Below, piece after piece: positions 57,051 to 64,000 of a DNA stretch of 64,000 nucleotides. The number at the start of each line of letters is the position of its first letter. Position 1 is the stretch's first letter. This DNA comes from an uncultured bacterium. Its GTDB lineage: Bacteria; Chlamydiota; Chlamydiia; Chlamydiales; VGMA01. The translations under genes and the position numbers were made by a program. The DNA is taken from contig CAZZMO010000004.1 of the NCBI GenBank assembly GCA_964655475.1, positions 11,377 through 75,376 of the forward strand, in the 5' to 3' direction. The notes beneath the pieces are model-generated. The model saw only the letters and a program-made list of their open reading frames with translations, was not told the origin of the DNA and made no database searches.

Positions 57051-57059
57051 AATCGCTAA

Positions 57060-57146
57060 TTACTTTTTGTGCCGATCTCTACGACGACGCTTTTTGCGCT
57101 TGTGCTTATTGATCTTGCTTCGGCGTTTCTTTAATACAGATGACAT
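57060..57146 (-). CDS. 28-aa basic AURKAIP1/COX24 (bS22/mS38-like) small protein
   Basis: MSSVLKKRRSKINKHKRKKRRRRDRHKK with GGAG RBS; only the last 28 codons of the 109-aa track ORF look real. Confidence 0.8.
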   Translation of the reverse strand: MSSVLKKRRSKINKHKRKKRRRRDRHKK

Positions 57147-57460
57147 TCCAACTCCATAGCTAGTGGACAGTTCATTGGCTGATGATTGTATGTCAAAAGG
57201 CAAAATAAGTAAAGGATTCATATATGAGACTTTTAACAGGTGGGCTCTCTCTTTTGTTGAACCACATGGGAGTAAAAAGGTCACCCTGCCTGGCCTTTGG
57301 CCAGTAGGAGCTAGGCTCCTTGCCCAGCGTTTACAGAGTTCAATTGAATTTTTTATTCGATTTGAAGAAATAACCAACGGATTGCACAATTGTTGGATAC
57401 AGGATTTAGCAGATTTTTATCGATGATGACCAAAATATTTTTTAAAAAATACCGAGGGAT

Positions 57461-57721
57461 ATGGATTTTATTGTCACAAAAGAAAGCTTTTTAGAGCATT
57501 TGACCTTGTGGAAAATAGCATTTAGCTTAGTGTTTGTAGTTATATTGTTATTGTTTGGAGACCTTCTTGCAAAGATATTTGAGACGTTTCAAAAGACAAA
57601 AAAAAGAGGTCACAGGTACTTTTTTTCGACAGCATTTCTGCTCATATTATTTGTTGTTTTAAGGCTCTTGAATGGAGCCTACGATATGTTTCTATTGGTA
57701 ATGAATGCAAAAGGATCTTAG
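57461..57721 (+). CDS. small two-TM membrane protein
   Basis: GAGGG RBS; two hydrophobic helices separated by a basic loop. Confidence 0.55.
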   Translation: MDFIVTKESFLEHLTLWKIAFSLVFVVILLLFGDLLAKIFETFQKTKKRGHRYFFSTAFLLILFVVLRLLNGAYDMFLLVMNAKGS

Positions 57722-59160
57722 CGGGGGGAGAAGGCGGCAAAGGCTGAGGAGTTGTCCTGGGCGGGGGCCCGCTCTTGTGGGATGTAGTTGTTGAACTGGG
57801 CAATATTTTTGCGGAAGGCGAGCTGCATTTCTCCGACGCTACCATGGCGGTTCTTCGCGATCAGGATTTCAGCAAGGCCTGGTTTGTCATTGGCGTTGTA
57901 ATATTCTCTTCTAAAAATGAACATGACAATGTCCGCATCCTGTTCAATCGAGCCTGATTCTCTAAGGTCTGAAAGCATGGGGCGATGCCCGGCTCGCTCT
58001 TCGACCTTTCGAGAAAGCTGGGAGAGGCACAAGATGGGAATGGTGAGCTCTCTTGCGAGGTTTTTGAGCATCCGGGAGATCTCGGAGATCTCATTTTGCC
58101 GGTTGTCTGCGTTGTAAAAGCCTTTAGAGCCAGAAAGGAGTTGGAGGTAGTCGACAATCAAAAAGCCGATGTTATAAACTTCTTTTAAACGGCGCGCTCT
58201 TGCTCTCAAGTCGGTGATTTTTAAGCCTGGCTGGTCATCAATAACGACTGAATGTTTTTGGAGTCTGTTAACAGCCTCCACAACTCGTTGATACTCAAGT
58301 CCTGTTAAAGATCCTGCTTTGATTTTTTCAGATTCTACTTCACTCGTAGAGCAGACCAAGCGGTGTACGAGTTCCTCTGCGGTCATCTCGAGGGAGAATA
58401 CGCCGACAGGTGTTCCCGATTTCAAAGCGACGTTTTCTGCAATGTTCAGAGCAAAAGCGGTCTTACCCATGGAAGGGCGAGCCGCTAAAATGATGAGGTT
58501 CGACTTATTCAGTCCTCCAATCATTTTATCGAGATCGATGAAGTGAGTTGGGATCCCTGTAATGGTAGGTTGGTTTGGACCTCGGGAGTGGTATTCTTCT
58601 TGTTTTTCTTGAAGCTCTTTCAAATAGGGGATCTTCGAAGAGGCTAGTGCGCCAGACAAGATGTCTTTGACATGCTGTCCTACTTTGGTGTTCGCTTGTT
58701 GAGAGATGTTGAAGAAAAGGCTCTGCGCTTCATCGAGGGCAGAGTGTACATCTTGTGGCTCTTCAAAAGCAACTTTCTCAATCTGATCAGACGCGGCAAT
58801 CATCTTCCGAAGGACAGACTTATTTCTTACGATATCGACATACTCTTCAATATAGGCAGACGTTCCTGCATATTGAGCAAGTGTCGTTAAGTAATTCACG
58901 CCGCCAATTTTTTCGAGCTTCTGTCCTGCTTTGAGATCTTCTGCAAGGAGATGAACATCTGCTGGTTTGTCGCTGAGGTAGGCATTCTTTAGAGCTTCGA
59001 AAATGAGCTGATGTTCGAGAAAATAAAAGTCGAGAGGCTGGAGTGAATCAGCTCCAATATTCAGAGCGTTAACGCTCGTGATCATGCAACCCAAAATCAT
59101 CATTTCTGATTCTTTTGAGTGTGGAGCTACTTTGACTTTTGTTGTTTTTTCAGTGGTCAT
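57718..59160 (-). CDS. dnaB: replicative DNA helicase DnaB
   Basis: AARPSMGKT, FSLEM, IVDYLQL, LSQLSR, DLRESGSIEQDAD, KNRHG; likely ATG at 59160. Confidence 0.97.
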   Translation of the reverse strand: MTTEKTTKVKVAPHSKESEMMILGCMITSVNALNIGADSLQPLDFYFLEHQLIFEALKNAYLSDKPADVHLLAEDLKAGQKLEKIGGVNYLTTLAQYAGTSAYIEEYVDIVRNKSVLRKMIAASDQIEKVAFEEPQDVHSALDEAQSLFFNISQQANTKVGQHVKDILSGALASSKIPYLKELQEKQEEYHSRGPNQPTITGIPTHFIDLDKMIGGLNKSNLIILAARPSMGKTAFALNIAENVALKSGTPVGVFSLEMTAEELVHRLVCSTSEVESEKIKAGSLTGLEYQRVVEAVNRLQKHSVVIDDQPGLKITDLRARARRLKEVYNIGFLIVDYLQLLSGSKGFYNADNRQNEISEISRMLKNLARELTIPILCLSQLSRKVEERAGHRPMLSDLRESGSIEQDADIVMFIFRREYYNANDKPGLAEILIAKNRHGSVGEMQLAFRKNIAQFNNYIPQERAPAQDNSSAFAAFSPR

Positions 59161-59246
59161 TATCGGTATTTGTATCAAAGTAGAGAGTTATCTCACAAGG
59201 GAAATTTCAGCTCGAAAGTAACGCAATGTTGTCTGGGAAAAAAGAT

Positions 59247-59334
59247 CGGAAAGAGAGGGATTTGAACCCTCGATACCAGTAATAGGTATGCCTCCTTAGC
59301 AGGGAGGTGCCTTCGGCCGCTCAGCCATCTTTCC
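59247..59334 (-). tRNA. tRNA-Ser (anticodon GCT)
   Basis: GGAAAGATGGCTGAGCGGCCGAAGGCA-CCTCC-CTGCTAA-GGAGG, long variable arm, GAGGGTTCAAATCCCTC-TCTTTCCG; no encoded CCA. Confidence 0.96.
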
Positions 59335-59380
59335 GTCACAAAATAGTCTAAAGCCTCTTCTAAATTTGATGCAAGTCTAT

Positions 59381-60223
59381 TTATTCTAAAAGGGCCGTGA
59401 AGGGGAGAGGCGCGCCGTTAATTGCGTTCCAGTAGCTCGTATGGAGGGAGCCATCAGGGTTTTCAACCGTGATTCCATAGATCGGAAGGTAGACTTCCAT
59501 GGAATTTCGAACGGCAAAGTCATAGCCAAACGCAGCTTCTGCAAGGTGTTTGATCTGGGTGCGGGTGAACCGTTTTTTCAGCCTCTCCGCCTCTTTACAA
59601 GACTTAGTGACGAGCCTATCGTCAATGATAGTCTCTGGGCGGATGTTGAGGCGGGGGTGTTGCAGGTGGAGCCGCAGCTGAGAGCCATTCTGGACGATCA
59701 GTTTTTTTCGTCTGCAGCTTTCAATCCAAGGGCTTAATGTCTCACTTTCAAGTTGCATCACCCGGTAGAGAAGCTCTCTTTCCATGATTCCCCCTTTCTG
59801 AGCGAGGAGGTTGATGATCTTGAATTCATTCTTGTCTACGTTGGCGTTAATGCAATCTCCGAAGCCGTGGGTTTTTTCCCACTGTCTCGTATGTGTGACC
59901 ATTTCTCCATCGAGGAGATCCCAAAGGATGACCCCTTCTCCTGTGTGTGTATCCCCTTGCGAATATTTGACAGACATCAAAAGGTAGGGGGAAAACTTGA
60001 TCACTGGTTCAAGGTAGCGGTGTTTGTCATCTTTCAAGAGTTCACGGCGGTGAGACTCCATGATCTGCTTTGCTGAATATCTCGCCTCGAGTGTGTGAAA
60101 GGTGTTTCCTGCATTGACAAAGTCAAGAGCTTGAGTTTTTACTTCAGGATGATTGAGATTGACCCAATAGGCGCCATAAGCGAGTGCAGCAAATCCAAAA
60201 AACGAAGAGAGGAGACGAAACAT
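59381..60223 (-). CDS. hypothetical protein with N-terminal membrane anchor
   Basis: Long ORF co-oriented with pepF; N-terminal hydrophobic helix. Confidence 0.7.
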   Translation of the reverse strand: MFRLLSSFFGFAALAYGAYWVNLNHPEVKTQALDFVNAGNTFHTLEARYSAKQIMESHRRELLKDDKHRYLEPVIKFSPYLLMSVKYSQGDTHTGEGVILWDLLDGEMVTHTRQWEKTHGFGDCINANVDKNEFKIINLLAQKGGIMERELLYRVMQLESETLSPWIESCRRKKLIVQNGSQLRLHLQHPRLNIRPETIIDDRLVTKSCKEAERLKKRFTRTQIKHLAEAAFGYDFAVRNSMEVYLPIYGITVENPDGSLHTSYWNAINGAPLPFTALLE

Positions 60224-60234
60224 AGCAGTATACC

Positions 60235-61956
60235 TTAACCCATCTGAATAAATTGTTCCACATCTTGAGCAATCACATCATAAGCACCTTGCCAAAATCC
60301 TTCTTCAGAAAGGTCGACCTGGAGGTGCTTCTTAGCGAGATCTTCCAGTGTCATCGATCCAGAGTCGAGAAGGAGCGCATCGTACCGTTTTTCAAACTCT
60401 TTTGGATTTTTCATGAAGAGGTGGTAGATCCCTAAACTAAAGAGATAGCCCATGGTGTAGGGGAAATTATAAAAAGAAATATCGGTAAAGTAGAAGTGCA
60501 TTTTGTAGGCCCAAAAGTGAGGAAGGTACGAAGAGAGCTCATCTGCATAACCGATTCGTTGCGCTTTGACCATCATCGCAGTGAGATCATCGGGAGAAAG
60601 GGAGCGTTTTTTCCTCTCTTCATGGAGCATCCGATCGAACACATAACGGGCATGAAGATCGCAAGAAAAGGCGATTGCTTTGCTGAGCTTATCGTCGAGT
60701 AGTGTCAGTTTCTCTTCTTTTGTCTTGGCCCCTTGAATGGCTCCATCGGTCACGATCATTTCACACATGGTCGACGCTGTCTCTGCGACCGACATCCCAA
60801 TTTCTTGGAGAAAATAGGGTTTTTGGAAAAGGATTTCATTGTGGTAAGCATGCCCTAATTCGTGAGCGAGTGTGGCAATGCTGCCCATCGTCCCTGCATA
60901 GTTCATGAAAATGCGGCTCTCGAGTGCCATAGGACAGCTTGTACAAAAGCCTCCAGCTCTCTTTCCTTTTCGGTTGTCCGCTTCAATCCATCGCTCTTTT
61001 GCAGCCCTTTCTGAAAATTTTGCGAGGCGCGGGCTTACCTTTTGAAACTGCTGGATGATGAGATCCATCCCTTCATCAAAAGAGTAAGATTTCGCAGGGG
61101 AGAGGCCAAGTGGGGCGTCATAGTCTGCCCAAGAGAGTTTTGGAAGGCCCATCAACTCCGCTTTTTTGCGGAGGAACTTGACCATCACTGGCTTGTTTTT
61201 TTCAACGACACTCCACATCGCATTCAAGGTCGCTTCTGTGATCCGGTTTGTGTGGAGAGCATCAGTTAAAGGATTTTCCCAGCCTCTATGTTCATAAACG
61301 GTGTTTCTATAGTCAACGATGCTGGTGAGGAATTGTGAAAATAGCCCCTCTTTCTTTTTTAAATGGGACTCTAAAGAGTTCATCGCATCGAGTCTAATGC
61401 TCCGGTCCCCTTCGCCGAGCTTATTTTCAAGCTGACCTAAGGTGAGGGATTCCCCTCGAAAGTCGAAAGAGATCTCTCCCATGTAGGCGTAGTAAATAGA
61501 GGTGAAGATGTCGTGGCCACTTGGTGAGAGGTCGTTAATGAGCTTTTCTTCTACTTCAGGGAGCTTTTTCTTAGCAAAGTTTCTCATCTCCTCGAAATAG
61601 AATCGAAAGGCAGAGATTTTCGGTTGATCAAAGAGGTTATCGAACTCCCCATCGCTCATCTTTCGAAGAGCGTTATCGAGGTCTACTTCGATGCTGCCGA
61701 GATCAGAGACAATGTCATTCAAGACATTTTCAAAAAATAGAGCCTTAGTATCGCTCGTGTCCTGGGCTGTCAAGCAACCAATCAGTGAGCCAAGTTCGCC
61801 GAGCTCTGCATGAATCGATTGGAGGTTTAAATAAAAATCAGGGGAAGAGGGATCGAATTGCAAACAGGCGACTTTCTCGCCGAGTTGCCCCAAAACTTCT
61901 TCTAAGTTCTCATATCCCAACAAATTGTTGAGTTGCCAAATTTTGTCGTAGCTCAT
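60235..61956 (-). CDS. pepF: M3B family oligoendopeptidase F
   Basis: GKRAGGFC, TLAHELGHAYH, VAETAS, FYNFPYTMG. Confidence 0.9.
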   Translation of the reverse strand: MSYDKIWQLNNLLGYENLEEVLGQLGEKVACLQFDPSSPDFYLNLQSIHAELGELGSLIGCLTAQDTSDTKALFFENVLNDIVSDLGSIEVDLDNALRKMSDGEFDNLFDQPKISAFRFYFEEMRNFAKKKLPEVEEKLINDLSPSGHDIFTSIYYAYMGEISFDFRGESLTLGQLENKLGEGDRSIRLDAMNSLESHLKKKEGLFSQFLTSIVDYRNTVYEHRGWENPLTDALHTNRITEATLNAMWSVVEKNKPVMVKFLRKKAELMGLPKLSWADYDAPLGLSPAKSYSFDEGMDLIIQQFQKVSPRLAKFSERAAKERWIEADNRKGKRAGGFCTSCPMALESRIFMNYAGTMGSIATLAHELGHAYHNEILFQKPYFLQEIGMSVAETASTMCEMIVTDGAIQGAKTKEEKLTLLDDKLSKAIAFSCDLHARYVFDRMLHEERKKRSLSPDDLTAMMVKAQRIGYADELSSYLPHFWAYKMHFYFTDISFYNFPYTMGYLFSLGIYHLFMKNPKEFEKRYDALLLDSGSMTLEDLAKKHLQVDLSEEGFWQGAYDVIAQDVEQFIQMG

Positions 61957-61991
61957 CGCCTTTAACTCCCAGTTCCATTACAATAAAAAAC

Positions 61992-63641
61992 ATGATAAAT
62001 GGCAAGATTCAACCACTTTCTAATGAAACGATCAACCAAATCGCCGCGGGCGAAGTGGTGGAAAACCCTGCAGCTGTTGTGAAAGAACTTCTTGAAAATG
62101 CAATTGATGCGGGCTCAACAAAAATTGTGATCGAAATTTTTCATGGGGGATTTTCTTCCATTCGCGTGAGTGATAATGGATCGGGAATGGGAAGAGAAGA
62201 TGCGAAGATCTGTTTTGAGAGGCATACCACTTCGAAATTAAAAGAGATCAACGATCTTTACTCTATCTCTTCCATGGGTTTTCGAGGGGAAGCCCTTGCC
62301 TCGATTGCCTCGATTGCTAAAGTAGAGCTTCACACCTCTCTCGAAGGCTCTTTCGAAGGATCAAAGGTGACTCTCCACGGAGGAAGGCTCATTTCTGAAG
62401 GGGTTTCATCTCCGAGAAAAGGGACCACGATTTTGGTAGAATCTCTCTTTTACAACACTCCTGCGAGAAAAAGTTTTCAAAAATCAGCTGCTGCCTCTAC
62501 CTCAGAAATTCTCAAGGTCGTGACAAAAGCATCTCTTGCTTACCCCAATTCCCACATTACCCTTTTCTCTCATGGTGAGGTGCTCCTTGAAGGGGGGACG
62601 GGGACGTTCTCTGAAAAAGTGGAGCAGGTTCTCGGGTTTAAAGGGGTCCGTCTCGACTTTACCGAGGGGCCGTTCCATCTTTGGGGAGCCCTCGGACACC
62701 CTGAAGAGACGAGGATGAACCGTTCAGGTCAGTACCTCTTCGTCAATAGACGCCCTGTTTATTCATACATTGTTGCGTCTGCTGTATTAGAAGGGTATGG
62801 GACCCGTCTCGAGGCCAAGCGGTTTCCTCTCTTTGCTCTCCATCTAGAATTGCCAGGTGCCTTAGTCGATGTGAACGTCCATCCTCAAAAAACAGAGGTT
62901 CGGTTTAAAGATGATAAACTGATCGCATCGTTTGTAAGAAAAGGGATCGCTCTTGCTTGGCAACAAAAAGAGGCTCCAGAATTCATTCTCCCGAAGGCAG
63001 AGGGATTCTCTTTTGATACGATCGGCGTTCAAAAACCCTCTCCTCTCTCTTTTCGAGAAACTCCAAAGCCCATTGAACCACTGCCAGAACCTCGAAGGGA
63101 AGAATCCCCTCTTTCTCTGATTCATCTTTTAGAAAAGTATGCCCTTTTTGAAAAAGAGGAGCGTATTTGGCTCATCGACCTCGTAGCAGCTAAGTCCCGC
63201 CTTGTATTTGATCAAGTCCTATCTTCTTTGGAAAAAGGGAGCGCTTCTCTCCAGCAGTTTATGTTTCCTGATGTCCTTGAATTTTCTCTGACCGAATCGC
63301 AGCTCATCCAAGAAGAGATTCCCTTACTCGAAAAGGTGGGGATATTACTCAGACCTTTTGGAAAGAATGCCTTCTTATTAGAAGGGCTTGCTCCTCTGAT
63401 CGCAAAAGAGCATGTCAGAGATATCTTATTAGATCTTTCCAGAATTGATGCAGTAAAAGGGGATCAGATCGCAAAAATAGCGAGCCGCTACGCAAGGAAG
63501 GAGAAAGGGAATTTCTCTACATCAGAAGCAAAGAAATTGATCGAAACGTTTTACCGATCAAAAGCTCTATTTTACTGTCCTGAAGGGAAAAAAATTGTGG
63601 TCTCTTATGAAGAATCTCTATTGGAGAAGTGCTTTTCATGA
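61992..63641 (+). CDS. mutL: DNA mismatch repair protein MutL
   Basis: IAAGEVVE, VKELLENAIDAG, DNGSGM, GFRGEALASI, VDVNVHPQKTEV. Confidence 0.96.
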   Translation: MINGKIQPLSNETINQIAAGEVVENPAAVVKELLENAIDAGSTKIVIEIFHGGFSSIRVSDNGSGMGREDAKICFERHTTSKLKEINDLYSISSMGFRGEALASIASIAKVELHTSLEGSFEGSKVTLHGGRLISEGVSSPRKGTTILVESLFYNTPARKSFQKSAAASTSEILKVVTKASLAYPNSHITLFSHGEVLLEGGTGTFSEKVEQVLGFKGVRLDFTEGPFHLWGALGHPEETRMNRSGQYLFVNRRPVYSYIVASAVLEGYGTRLEAKRFPLFALHLELPGALVDVNVHPQKTEVRFKDDKLIASFVRKGIALAWQQKEAPEFILPKAEGFSFDTIGVQKPSPLSFRETPKPIEPLPEPRREESPLSLIHLLEKYALFEKEERIWLIDLVAAKSRLVFDQVLSSLEKGSASLQQFMFPDVLEFSLTESQLIQEEIPLLEKVGILLRPFGKNAFLLEGLAPLIAKEHVRDILLDLSRIDAVKGDQIAKIASRYARKEKGNFSTSEAKKLIETFYRSKALFYCPEGKKIVVSYEESLLEKCFS

Positions 63642-64000
63642 TTCATAGATTAGAAAGAATTCAACGCCTTATGAAAGAGAAGGGGATCGACCTTTGTCAT
63701 GTGACGGGGGACTCTCACCTTTTCTATCTTACAGGAAAGTCCCTCTCTTACGGAGATCTTTGGATCACGAGAGAAAAGGGGGTTTTATTCGTTGACGATC
63801 GCTATTTTGAAATGTTGTCACATCTTTCTCACCTAGAAGTAAGAAGACTCGGAGAGGAAAAAGCGTTTCTCGCTCCCTTTCGAAAATCTCTTGCTGCATT
63901 GAATGGGGGATCGCTCCCTTACCGCACTTTTCAAGAGAAAAAAGAGTTCTTTGAAAAAGAGCCTCTCGATTTCGACCCCGTACTCCTTGTTCGGCTGATC
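63638..64000 (+). CDS. pepP: Xaa-Pro aminopeptidase (M24), N-terminal part, truncated by the window edge
   Basis: Hand translation MIHRLERIQRLMKEKGIDLCHV...LFYLTGKSLSYGDLWI...LFVDDRYFE (Creatinase_N-like); ATGA overlap with the mutL stop. Confidence 0.75.
   Translation, partial: MIHRLERIQRLMKEKGIDLCHVTGDSHLFYLTGKSLSYGDLWITREKGVLFVDDRYFEMLSHLSHLEVRRLGEEKAFLAPFRKSLAALNGGSLPYRTFQEKKEFFEKEPLDFDPVLLVRLI

Noticed and set aside
57228-57305. Resemblance to the ZTP (pfl) riboswitch (AACAGGUGG...ACCAC.UGGGAG...GCCUGG)
   Set aside because: Lacks the GACUGGCG/CGCC pseudoknot elements and there is no purine or folate gene downstream; not assigned
57163-57426. 87-aa plus-strand ORF and the N-terminal 81 aa of the 109-aa minus ORF
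   Set aside because: No recognisable protein features or good RBS; the region is better explained as regulatory or structured RNA
59247-59380. tRNA-Ser as a possible integration site
   Set aside because: No integrase and no duplicated tRNA 3' end seen; the flanking genes are core genes
1-64000. CRISPR arrays, rRNA genes, prophage genes or intact transposases
   Set aside because: No regularly spaced direct repeats or corresponding coding motifs were seen

Overview
This 64 kb window looks like chromosome from an environmental member of the phylum Chlamydiota. That assignment is inferred from chlamydia-type gene blocks: T2SS gspD-E-F plus pseudopilins, LysM-pal-tolB-tolA-tolR-tolQ, tatD-sdhCAB, dnaB-mnmG...lplA and mutL-pepP. 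Most of the window is core genes, including one tRNA-Ser(GCT). The main accessory feature is an ~8 kb block (47.0-55.2 kb) between mnmG and the lplA region. It combines a phosphorelay with no output domains (2 histidine kinases, a free Hpt, 3 single-domain receivers) with a HEAT-repeat membrane protein, a processive GT2 synthase and a TPR/outer-membrane beta-barrel, so it is a candidate phosphorelay-gated exopolysaccharide synthesis and export system. Other points: four leaderless YVTN beta-propeller paralogues, two of them followed by related hairpins; an unannotated 50-aa Cys4/basic-tail microprotein; a collapsed AAA-ATPase/DUF4143 pseudogene; a FlgN-like protein; effector-like enzymes; and an unexplained structured intergenic segment upstream of a bS22/COX24-like small protein. 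All family calls come from reading motifs by eye; no searches were run.
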